A DNA stretch of 64,000 bases from an uncultured Bacteroidales bacterium (GTDB lineage: Bacteria; Bacteroidota; Bacteroidia; Bacteroidales; CAIWKO01), in contig CAYXXU010000009.1 of the NCBI GenBank assembly GCA_964469155.1, positions 2,494 through 66,493 on the forward strand, in the 5' to 3' direction. Position 1 is the stretch's first letter; each line of letters opens with the position of its first letter. The notes under the pieces are model-generated. The model was given only the letters and a program-made list of their open reading frames with translations, searched no databases and was not told where the DNA came from. The position numbers and the translations under genes were made by a program. Shown in pieces: positions 20,240-28,755 of this stretch.

Positions 20240-20275
20240 AAATCAAAAGTACGAATTTTGTTAAATCAAAAGTAC
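20240..20275. promoter_or_regulatory. 13-bp direct repeat AAATCAAAAGTAC x2
   Basis: 20240-20252 and 20263-20275 are identical, 23 bp start to start. They lie 31-66 bp upstream of the UbiA start codon (minus strand) in the divergent intergenic region. Confidence 0.3.
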
Positions 20276-20451
20276 TATTAATTGGTCTTGGTATTGACCA
20301 CTTAAGAAATATTTTATAGAATTTGAGTGGCTTGCTTAGTAAAATTCTTACTTAAAGGGAACTAAGAAGAAATGTAAAACGAAAAAAAATTCATGAATCC
20401 ACCAGATTGTTAAAGGAAAATGCAAATTTATGAAAAACAAGAAGAATGTAA

Positions 20452-20459
20452 TATCTTTG
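20452..20459 (+). promoter_or_regulatory. candidate -7 box TATCTTTG
   Basis: TAnnTTTG match 26 nt upstream of the ATG at 20486. Confidence 0.35.
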
Positions 20460-20485
20460 CAAAGAATAACTAATAAATACAGTTT

Positions 20486-21076
20486 ATGGTAATTGCTGGT
20501 GCCGGTGCCGCAGGAAAGGAGACTTTTAGGGTTCTTACCCATAATTTAAAGAATAAGGTTTAGATATTTTTTTATGATGATGATGAAAATGCCCCGAATG
20601 TATTTTTTGATAAAATCAGGGTAATTAAGGATAAAGGAGAATTGAAAAAACAATTATTAAGTGATCCGTTTTTTTGTGTTGCTATCGGAAATTCGCGGAT
20701 GCGGGAAAAGGTTTATTGTAATTTGATGAAATGGGGAGGGCAGCCTGTGAATATTATCTCGCCCAATGCATTTTGTTTATCCCTGATAGAAAATAACGGT
20801 ACCATTATTCAGCCGGGAGTTGCATTGTCATTTGATGTAACCATTGGCACATCATGCATGATACATGTCAATAGTACTATAGGGCATAAAACAAAAATAG
20901 GAAATTTTGTTAACATCAGCCCGTTGGTTTCAATAATAGGTCCAATAACAATCAGTGACCACTGTTTTATTGGTGCAGGCTCTGTAATATTGCCCAATAT
21001 TAACATTGGCAAACAGGTTATTATTTCTGCCGGAATTGTTGTTAACCGGAATCTGAGTGATTATGAAACGTTTTAA
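20486..21076 (+). pseudogene. NeuD/PglD-family hexapeptide acetyltransferase with in-frame TAG
   Basis: ATG at 20486 gives MVIAGAGAAGKETFRVLTHNLKNKV, then TAG at 20561-20563. The same frame continues IFFYDDDEN... into the track ORF 20642..21076. It is collinear with the intact paralog at 24182 (MIIIGAGNLGK...DEIFFFDEN). Confidence 0.7.
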
Positions 21077-21361
21077 CTTATAGTCTCATTTTCAAATCAC
21101 TAAATCGGGATCGACCTCACGACACTTCTTATGGGACAGGCTGTTAAGATATGCCCACGCACCTTTTTTTCTGCGAAAAAAATCAGTTTTGACAGCCAAG
21201 TCTTATCCATTCACATTTTGAATTTATTGAAAATTACGCATTGTAAAAGAACAGCCAATTTAAATGTTTTATTCTACTTTTTCGAAGTATTCAAATTTGG
21301 GATAATTGGAAACCACCGATTGCAAAATGAAATCCGAGTTAAATGTTTTACTTTACTTTTT

Positions 21362-22810
21362 TTATGTATTGGAATCCAGTTTAAATTCAACGTTTTGGGT
21401 GAGTTCTGATAATAGAGAATTAAACCCCATAATTGTTAAATGATCTGATATTGTATCCGCATCATTGTTCACAAATTCCTGTCTCATTAAATCATTGTTT
21501 TGGGAAGATAAAATTTGCTTTAGTAGGGAGCCCGTGAATAACATATCGGGTATTTTATCCAATACATGATTAACTTTAGTAATTAGTTCCGGATGATTAT
21601 TTGTATTTGAAAACAATTGTATCAGTTGCTCATAAACAGGGGTTTTAAAATTTTTAGACAATCCCTGAGATTCTGTTGATTGTTTATTGAAGAATTTAAT
21701 AATAATCTTATACCAGGAACTGTATAACTCAATTAGAGCTTTATATTTCTCAATGTTATTATTTTTGCCAGAACTCACAAAATCATTAAACACAAATTGA
21801 TCGTACAGTATAATAATATTATTAAGTTCGTCTGGTGATAGCGACCATAAGGCCAAATTCCAAGGTTTTAAAACAATATTGTAAGAAAAATTCCAGTTTT
21901 CGCGATTACAGGCATCCACAATCCGGGGGATTTCCATGGCATTGATTTGCATGGGGCATGTGGTAATAGTGAATTGTGTCCCCATGGATCTGCAATAATC
22001 CGAAAATTTTGCGATATTTCCCATGGTTTTTTCAAAATTTGCTCCAACCCTTATTTTTTCGTAAACCTCCCTTGTAAAACTGTCAATAGAAACCGTAATA
22101 TTAAAACGTCCACTGTTCAACAAATCCTGAACACGTTTGTTATATATCGTGCCATTTGTGGTTATATAGATGTCCATTTCAGGGTTGGTGCTGACCATTT
22201 TCTCCCACAAACCATAATAGGTATTTATTAAGAATGGTTCTCCTCCGGTGAAAACAGCACCTTTTAAATATGGAATAAATTCGTCAAGTTGTTGGATAAA
22301 TTGTTCGTCATATTGAAACTGATTTTCTCCGGATTGTATGTTTTTGTTTTTTTGAATGGTTGAAGAGAGACTAGCGTCGCACATGATACAGGCCAGATTG
22401 CATGTGTTATCAATAGAAAAATCCATAAAAACCGGGTAGCCTGATTTTAATGGTGCGTAATGATCGAATGACAAGGCATTTACATTGGAGAAGTTGTGAT
22501 TATAAAAATTTGAATTGCAAAAATTACATGAGGCAGGGGCTTTGAAATCTGACATCTGTTTTCTCATAAGCTGTAATTCTTCGCCAAACCAAATCTGTTT
22601 AAGGCTCCTTTCTTTCAATGAAAAGAAATCGAAATGATGACAACAAACCTGAACGTTTCCATTGCGGTGAAAGCGCAGTGAAGTGAACGGTGCCCAACAA
22701 AAAGCGCCATGTTTGTTTGCCGGACGAATTGAGTTATAATCGGAAATCAAATTCTTTTTAAATTTGTCCTTGGGAGATTTACGGGGAAAATGATTTGAAA
22801 ATAACTTCAT
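21362..22810 (-). CDS. radical SAM protein with N-terminal twitch/SPASM-like Cys motif (family copy 2 of 9)
   Basis: I prefer the ATG at 22810 (MKLFSNHF) to the track start at 22888. CWAPFTSLRFHRNGNVQVCC, SCNFC, IDNTCNLACIMC, TGGEPFL, TTNGT, VSIDS, LALWSLS. Confidence 0.9.
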   Translation of the reverse strand: MKLFSNHFPRKSPKDKFKKNLISDYNSIRPANKHGAFCWAPFTSLRFHRNGNVQVCCHHFDFFSLKERSLKQIWFGEELQLMRKQMSDFKAPASCNFCNSNFYNHNFSNVNALSFDHYAPLKSGYPVFMDFSIDNTCNLACIMCDASLSSTIQKNKNIQSGENQFQYDEQFIQQLDEFIPYLKGAVFTGGEPFLINTYYGLWEKMVSTNPEMDIYITTNGTIYNKRVQDLLNSGRFNITVSIDSFTREVYEKIRVGANFEKTMGNIAKFSDYCRSMGTQFTITTCPMQINAMEIPRIVDACNRENWNFSYNIVLKPWNLALWSLSPDELNNIIILYDQFVFNDFVSSGKNNNIEKYKALIELYSSWYKIIIKFFNKQSTESQGLSKNFKTPVYEQLIQLFSNTNNHPELITKVNHVLDKIPDMLFTGSLLKQILSSQNNDLMRQEFVNNDADTISDHLTIMGFNSLLSELTQNVEFKLDSNT

Positions 22811-22995
22811 ATTATTATACTCCAAATGGAATAATGTATTAATTAATCTCCCAAAATGGAAGGATAAATACAAAGGTATAAAAAACAATTGTCACTCTAC
22901 TTTTTCCCCTTGTAACCGATTTCTTATCAGAAATAAAATTGGACGAAAACACATCGTCACCTTCAATAAAAAACATTTGTTCTCGGCAGAATCAT

Positions 22996-23003
22996 TAATT
23001 TTG
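22996..23003 (+). promoter_or_regulatory. candidate -7 box TAATTTTG
   Basis: TAnnTTTG match 73 nt upstream of the ATG at 23076. Confidence 0.3.
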
Positions 23004-23075
23004 TGTAAACAATATTTAATGACTTTCAAAAAATAATTTTTTAAACGAATCAACAGATTATGATAACTGTCTTTT

Positions 23076-24185
23076 ATGAAGTCTGAAACCCCCATTCCAT
23101 TTATTGACATAGGCAGGTTCTATGGTAAACATAAGGAGGCAATAACAGCTATTGGCATTAAGGTATTTTCTTCCGGCAGGTTAATGGATGGTGAAAATAC
23201 AAAAGCCTGCGAACTAAAGCTTGCTGAATTATATTCATATACCGATGCTGTAATGACAGGAAGCTGCACCGATGCTTTATACTTTGCGCTTATTGCTAAT
23301 GGAATTTCGCCCGGAGATGAGGTCATCATCACTTCATTTTCTTTTATTGGCAGTGTCACACCCATAATAAGAGCCGGAGGCATTCCTGTTTTTGTTGATG
23401 TGGATCCATTTACCGGGCTGATGAATATTGATAAGCTCGAAACCAAAATCGGCGAAAAAACCAGAGCCATTATTGCTGTGCATATCTACGGACAACTTTT
23501 GGATATGGAAAGGATCAATCAAATTGCCGGAAGACATCATTTGATAGTTGTTGAGGATGCAGCACAATCCATTGGAGCGATACCCGATTATGATAAATCA
23601 AAAAAATCAGAATGCATTTGTATTAGTTTTGATCCGACAAAAGTTGTACATGCAATTGGCAGCGGAGGTGCTGTAATATGTGATAAAAATGAGGTTGCAG
23701 AAAGGATCAGAGAGATACGGTATCACGGCAAAAGCGGAAAGGATTTTCTCATTAATGGTTTCAATTCAAGAATAAGTGAGCATCAGGCTGCTCTAATATT
23801 ATATCAGTTAAATCTACTTGATAGCCTGATCGAAGAGAGGAAAAGAATTGCCAAGAGATATATTGGGCTTTTGTCAGATTTGGATCAAATCTCCCTCCCG
23901 AAATCTAATTCATTAACTAATTTTCACAAATTTGTCATTCAATCTCCAGAAAGGGACAATCTGAAACAATATTTATCTGATTGTGGAATCCAAACTATGA
24001 TACATTATCAATCTCCATTATTTGAATATTCTGTGGTTAAAAATGCTTTATATAAAGCAGATGGAATAATTTTAACACCGATTTTTTGTTTAAAAGTTTT
24101 ATCGTTACCGATGTATAACTACATGACAGATGATGATATTGAATATATTTGTGAAAGTATTAAATTCTTTTATTTGGCAAAATGA
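23076..24185 (+). CDS. DegT/DnrJ/EryC1/StrS family sugar aminotransferase (PLP-dependent)
   Basis: 369 aa. Family-typical blocks TGSCTDALYFAL, DEVIITSFSF, VVEDAAQSIGA, SFDPTKVV (PLP lysine context). Confidence 0.85.
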   Translation: MKSETPIPFIDIGRFYGKHKEAITAIGIKVFSSGRLMDGENTKACELKLAELYSYTDAVMTGSCTDALYFALIANGISPGDEVIITSFSFIGSVTPIIRAGGIPVFVDVDPFTGLMNIDKLETKIGEKTRAIIAVHIYGQLLDMERINQIAGRHHLIVVEDAAQSIGAIPDYDKSKKSECICISFDPTKVVHAIGSGGAVICDKNEVAERIREIRYHGKSGKDFLINGFNSRISEHQAALILYQLNLLDSLIEERKRIAKRYIGLLSDLDQISLPKSNSLTNFHKFVIQSPERDNLKQYLSDCGIQTMIHYQSPLFEYSVVKNALYKADGIILTPIFCLKVLSLPMYNYMTDDDIEYICESIKFFYLAK

Positions 24186-24781
24186 TAATTATAGGGGCAG
24201 GAAACTTAGGCAAACATGTTTTGGATCAATTGATACTAGACCATTATACAGATGAAATATTTTTTTTTGATGAAAACATTTCGCCTGGAAAAAAAATTTA
24301 TTCTATCTATCCCGTAATCACGAATTTTGAAACTCTTTTGGAACATTTTTCCAAGCATGGGAAAACTTTTATCGCAGCAATTGGTCACCCGCGAAAACGA
24401 AAGAACATTTTCGAAAAAATTGTTTCCCTTGGTGGGGTCCCTTCAACCATGGTTTCATCAAGAGTTGCCGTTTTTTCAGGGTTTTCAAAAATTGGAAAAG
24501 GGAGCGTCGTTCAACCAGGTTGTGCCGTTTCGCATAATGTTGCCATTGGGAAATCAGTTATAATCCATGCGGGAACCCTTATCGGACATGATGTAAAAAT
24601 TTCTGACTTTACATCAATAGGATCAAATGTAAACATATTAAAAAATGTCGCTATCGGGAAGCTGTGTAATATTAATCCCAATGTTCTGATATTAAATGAC
24701 ATTAAAATAGGGAACAATGTTTATGTTGGACCCGGAGTGACAATTAATCATAATCTGGAGGATAACTCAACATTAGTTTAA
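24182..24781 (+). CDS. NeuD/PglD-family sugar N-acetyltransferase (left-handed beta-helix)
   Basis: 199 aa. N-terminal IIIGAGNLGK Rossmann-like region, C-terminal hexapeptide repeats. ATGA overlap with the aminotransferase gene. Confidence 0.8.
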   Translation: MIIIGAGNLGKHVLDQLILDHYTDEIFFFDENISPGKKIYSIYPVITNFETLLEHFSKHGKTFIAAIGHPRKRKNIFEKIVSLGGVPSTMVSSRVAVFSGFSKIGKGSVVQPGCAVSHNVAIGKSVIIHAGTLIGHDVKISDFTSIGSNVNILKNVAIGKLCNINPNVLILNDIKIGNNVYVGPGVTINHNLEDNSTLV

Positions 24782-25890
24782 CTGGTTTTAAACAAGTTTC
24801 CAAAACGTGTCATTCTGTGATAATTTTTAAAATTTTTTCCTGTTTCTTTCTCTATAGATAAAATTTCTGATTCACTTATTTCGTCTATAAAACAGGTGGG
24901 GTCTTCGGCAAATACATCGCCTGATTGATAATAAGCCATAACCCGGCATCCACCACAGGTATAATTATATCTGCATTTTCCGCATTTTCCCCCAAGGTTT
25001 CCGCGTTGTATGATGTTTTTAAATAAATCACTTTCGAAAAGAATATTCTTAAGAGAGGTCTTTTGGATGTTTCCGCCAGAAATATGATCAAGCAAAAGCG
25101 GACAGGGTGCTACCTCGCCTTCAGCGTTAATTCCATAAAATGAACCGACCCAACAACCCACAGATGGGTTAGTGGGAACAATTGAGTTCTTTTCATCCTG
25201 GCCAGTAGCAGTTTTATATGTTGTTTGTGAAAGAAAAAAGGGGGTATAGCTGACATATCCTCTAAAGTACTTTCTTAAAACAGGATGTATTATAGTTTTC
25301 ATTGTCTCTTTGTCGAACATTTGCTCCTTACAATATTTATTTCGTGGGGAAAATGGAATTCTGTTATATGCTATACCCAATTTATCGATAGATTCAATAG
25401 TTTCCCCAAAAGTATCAGCATTAAACTTTCCAACCGTGACGCAAAGATTCATTGTAATATAGTATTCTTCCAAAAGATTAATAAGCGATAGAATTTTTTC
25501 AGCTTCATAATCTCTTGTCTCCTTGTTTTTATCACTAAAATCATTTATTCCCAGTGATATAAGAAGGTTTTCACCAGTAATTGTTTTTATTTTTTCAATT
25601 GTTTTTCGATTTAAAGTTGTTCCATTTGAAACAATTGAAAGTTTAAATCCTATTTTATTTGCCTCGTCCAGTATATCAAGCGCATCTTTTCTCAATAAAA
25701 ATTCACCACCAGAAAGGTCAAGTTGTCTGGTTCCCAATTCCCATGCGGGTTCAAAGATTTTCTTAATAATTATATTAATAGAAAGATCGGGATTGTTTTT
25801 TTTTATATTAGATGACGTTGAACAACTTGGACAAGAGAGGTTGCAGTTTCTTGTCGCTTCAAAATAGAGTGTATGGTAGAGAGAAAGCAT
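24778..25890 (-). CDS. radical SAM/SPASM domain protein (canonical C-terminal SPASM)
   Basis: 370 aa. EATRNCNLSCPSC (CX3CX2C). C-terminal CWVGSFYGINAEGEVAPC (C-x11-G-x4-C), then CGKCRYNYTCGGC and DPTC. Confidence 0.9.
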   Translation of the reverse strand: MLSLYHTLYFEATRNCNLSCPSCSTSSNIKKNNPDLSINIIIKKIFEPAWELGTRQLDLSGGEFLLRKDALDILDEANKIGFKLSIVSNGTTLNRKTIEKIKTITGENLLISLGINDFSDKNKETRDYEAEKILSLINLLEEYYITMNLCVTVGKFNADTFGETIESIDKLGIAYNRIPFSPRNKYCKEQMFDKETMKTIIHPVLRKYFRGYVSYTPFFLSQTTYKTATGQDEKNSIVPTNPSVGCWVGSFYGINAEGEVAPCPLLLDHISGGNIQKTSLKNILFESDLFKNIIQRGNLGGKCGKCRYNYTCGGCRVMAYYQSGDVFAEDPTCFIDEISESEILSIEKETGKNFKNYHRMTRFGNLFKTS

Positions 25891-25917
25891 TTTTCAACAA
25901 AATTACGAAAATTTAAT

Positions 25918-25925
25918 TATATTTG
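25918..25925 (+). promoter_or_regulatory. candidate -7 box TATATTTG for the long plus-strand operon
   Basis: TAnnTTTG match 18 nt upstream of the ATG at 25943, inside a 52-bp divergent gap. Confidence 0.4.
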
Positions 25926-25942
25926 CCAGAGATTAATTATGT

Positions 25943-26755
25943 ATGGGTATGTATAAAAACTCAGGCACATGGGCATTGATTTTGGGGGGGTCGGGAGGTT
26001 TTGGTCTTGCCAGCGCGAAGTACCTCGCAGAAAAAGGCATGAATATTTTTGTTGTTCACAGAGACACTCGCAATGCTATGGCCAGCATTTCTGTTGAATT
26101 TGACAAAATTCTAAAGGCAGGTGTAAACTTTCACTCGATAAATATAAACGCCAATAATTCAGATAATGCTGATAAAATAATAAATAAGCTAATTAATGTC
26201 ATGGCACCACATGAATCATTAAAATTGTTCATTCATTCAATATCAGATGGAAATATTAAGCCGTTTGTGAAAAACGGGACTAATAGATTTAATTTATTAA
26301 CGGATGATGATTTTCAACATACTATAAATGCCATGGGTCTAAGCTTTGTTTTTTGGTCCAGGATTTTACTTGAAAAGAAAATACTGAAAAAAAACTCCAG
26401 AATTATAGGATTTACCAGCGAGGGCAGTTTGAAAGTTTTACCCGGATACACGGCAATTTCTGCAGCTAAAGGCGTTGTTGAGGCATTTTGCAGAAATTTA
26501 GCGGTAGAATTAGCCCCTTATCAGATTACTGTAAATTTAATTAATGCCGGAATTACAGATACAAAAGCATTAAGGGCCTTTCCTGATCATGCGTTATTAT
26601 TAAAAAATGCATTAAGAAGAAATCCTTCTGGCCGTCTTACACAACCTGAAGATATTGCAAAAGTTGTATATTTGCTAACTCTGGATGAAGCAGAATGGAT
26701 AACCGGAGATATTATCAGAGTGGATGGCGGTGAGCAATTAATAGGCTTTTTATAA
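25943..26755 (+). CDS. SDR family enoyl-ACP reductase, FabL-like
   Basis: 270 aa. GGSGGFGLA cofactor loop. YTAISAAK has the Y-x6-K spacing of enoyl reductases. The C-terminal half (LAVELAPYQITVNLINAGITDTKALRAFP...RVDGG) closely parallels B. subtilis FabL as I remember it. Confidence 0.7.
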   Translation: MGMYKNSGTWALILGGSGGFGLASAKYLAEKGMNIFVVHRDTRNAMASISVEFDKILKAGVNFHSININANNSDNADKIINKLINVMAPHESLKLFIHSISDGNIKPFVKNGTNRFNLLTDDDFQHTINAMGLSFVFWSRILLEKKILKKNSRIIGFTSEGSLKVLPGYTAISAAKGVVEAFCRNLAVELAPYQITVNLINAGITDTKALRAFPDHALLLKNALRRNPSGRLTQPEDIAKVVYLLTLDEAEWITGDIIRVDGGEQLIGFL

Positions 26756-26760
26756 AAAGA

Positions 26761-27210
26761 ATGATAGACAACTTAGTAAAGTATAATATTTTAAATTCAC
26801 TACCTTATGGTAAGGCATTTCATTTTGTCAATGATATTCTGAGTATTGACGATAACTCAATAACATCTGTTACTGAGTTTAATAAAAATCACTTCTATTA
26901 TAATTCTCATTTTATTGATTTCCCGATTATCCCTGGAGTAATTATGATTGAAGCTATGGGTCAAGCGGGCATGATATGTCATCTGATTTTTTTGGAAAAA
27001 ATTCATGAAACCAAAAAAAAATTTATACCGGTCTTATCAAATTTAGATGTCGAATTCTATAAAAGTCCAGATTATGATAAAAGCTATTTTGTCGTTGCAA
27101 AAAAAAAATATTTTAGAAATAAAACCCTTCGTTCAGAAATTAAACTCATAGATGACAACAATGAAGTATATGTTTTATTGTCTGCAACAGTTAAAATAAA
27201 ATATTTCTAA
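26761..27210 (+). CDS. FabZ/FabA-like hot-dog fold 3-hydroxyacyl-ACP dehydratase
   Basis: 149 aa. HFIDFPIIPGVIMIEAMGQ matches the catalytic His / PGV..EA.AQ block of FabZ. Confidence 0.75.
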   Translation: MIDNLVKYNILNSLPYGKAFHFVNDILSIDDNSITSVTEFNKNHFYYNSHFIDFPIIPGVIMIEAMGQAGMICHLIFLEKIHETKKKFIPVLSNLDVEFYKSPDYDKSYFVVAKKKYFRNKTLRSEIKLIDDNNEVYVLLSATVKIKYF

Positions 27211-28496
27211 TGGGGAAAAAGCGTGTTGTAATAACCGGATTAGGGATTGTTGCATCAAATGCAACTGGTATAGATAATTTTACAATTGCCCTTCGAAAAG
27301 GGCAGTCTGGTATAAAAAAAATTCAATGGTTAGAAGATCTGAATTTCGGATGTCAGATCGGCGGTATTCCAGATATTTCAGAAAATAAATACGCTGATTT
27401 TCTAACGGATAAACATCTGGAAGAAGCTGGTGACAATGTAAAATATATATCCATTGCAGGAAAGGAAGCCTGGGAGGATGCCGGATTTAGCCTGCCAGAT
27501 TTTGACAGTTGCGATGTTGATTATGATACCGGTGTTGTTATTGGAAGTGGCGTGGGAAGCATAGATGTTTTCAGTGATAAAATTTTTCCCCATATAAACG
27601 AAGGGCATGTGCGAAAGTTGAGAAGTAATATAGCTGAATTTACCATGTTTAGTGCGCCCGGCGCCAATCTGTCCGGATTATTTGCACTCGGTAATCAGGT
27701 TACAGCAAATTCATCGGCCTGTTCAACCGGTAATGAGTCCATTATTAATGCATTTGACAGGATTCGTGAAGGGAAGGCCCAAAGAATGCTTGCAGGAAGT
27801 TGTGAAATTGCATCACCCTATGTTTGGGGTTGTTTTGATTCCATGAGGTTATTATCGCGTAAATCAAATAATGAACCTGAAAAGGGGAGTCGCCCAATGA
27901 GTGCAACAGCAAGTGGTTTTGTACCAGGTTCGGGTGCGGGTATTATTGTCCTTGAAGAATTGAATTCGGCCTTGTCCCGTAATGCAAAAATTTATGGTGA
28001 AATATTAGGAGGGTTTTTAAATAGCGGGGGTCAGCGAAATGGAGGGACTATGCAAGCTCCCGGTCCTAATGGTATTCAGAATTGTATCACAAATGCCTTA
28101 AAAGACGCATCCGTAAATCCTTATGATATAGATTATATTTCAGGTCATCTTAGCTCAACTATGGCTGATCCACTTGAGATAAAAAACTGGTGTGGAGCAT
28201 TGAATCGTTATGGAAAGGATTTTCCTTATATCAATTCACTGAAATCACTCACCGGACATGGTCTTGGAGCCGCTGGTACACTTGAAACTATTGCTGCTAT
28301 TTTGGAAATGTATCATGGATTTTTATTCCCCAGCATAAACTGTGAAGACCCACACCCTAATATTATACAATTAATAAGTCCAGATAAAATCCCTCATAAT
28401 ACTATGGAAAATATCAATATTGAAATATTTGCGAAAGCCAGTTTTGGTTTCGGCGATATTAATTCATGTATTATTATTGGTAAATATAAAAACTAA
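27210..28496 (+). CDS. beta-ketoacyl-ACP synthase (KAS I/II type, Cys-His-His)
   Basis: 428 aa. Active-site SSACSTG, SGHLSST, LTGHGLGAAG. TAATG overlap with the dehydratase gene. Confidence 0.85.
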   Translation: MGKKRVVITGLGIVASNATGIDNFTIALRKGQSGIKKIQWLEDLNFGCQIGGIPDISENKYADFLTDKHLEEAGDNVKYISIAGKEAWEDAGFSLPDFDSCDVDYDTGVVIGSGVGSIDVFSDKIFPHINEGHVRKLRSNIAEFTMFSAPGANLSGLFALGNQVTANSSACSTGNESIINAFDRIREGKAQRMLAGSCEIASPYVWGCFDSMRLLSRKSNNEPEKGSRPMSATASGFVPGSGAGIIVLEELNSALSRNAKIYGEILGGFLNSGGQRNGGTMQAPGPNGIQNCITNALKDASVNPYDIDYISGHLSSTMADPLEIKNWCGALNRYGKDFPYINSLKSLTGHGLGAAGTLETIAAILEMYHGFLFPSINCEDPHPNIIQLISPDKIPHNTMENINIEIFAKASFGFGDINSCIIIGKYKN

Positions 28497-28500
28497 AACG

Positions 28501-28755
28501 ATGGAAGATTATAAAGCAATTAAATTGAAAGTGCTTACTATTATTGAAAAATATGCTTTTAACAAAGAACTTGTGCGCAATGCTGTGGATGAATCCAGAA
28601 TTGTTGCAGATCTAAAAATAAATTCAGCCCGAATTGTTGACATTATTTTGGATGTGGAAGAAATGTTTGATATTACCATAGATGATAATCATATTGAGAA
28701 AATGATCACCGTGAAAGATTCAGTGAACATTATTATATCTGCCAAGAAAGGCTGA
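28501..28755 (+). CDS. acyl carrier protein
   Basis: I prefer the ATG at 28501 (MEDYKAIKLK); the track start at 28420 lies inside the KAS gene. 84 aa. DLKINSARIVDIILDVEEMF places Ser at the DSL-equivalent phosphopantetheine site. Confidence 0.8.
   Translation: MEDYKAIKLKVLTIIEKYAFNKELVRNAVDESRIVADLKINSARIVDIILDVEEMFDITIDDNHIEKMITVKDSVNIIISAKKG

Noticed and set aside
20348-21409. Intergenic track ORFs 20348..20542 (-) and 21131..21409 (+) as genes
   Set aside because: The first overlaps the promoter and start of the NeuD-like pseudogene on the opposite strand. The second overlaps the 3' end of the rSAM gene at 21362. Both are Phe/Leu/Ile/Lys-rich translations of AT-rich spacer with no motifs.
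28420-28500. 111-aa version of the ACP, starting at 28420
   Set aside because: The extra 27 codons lie inside the KAS gene in another frame. The ATG at 28501 yields a normal 84-aa carrier protein.
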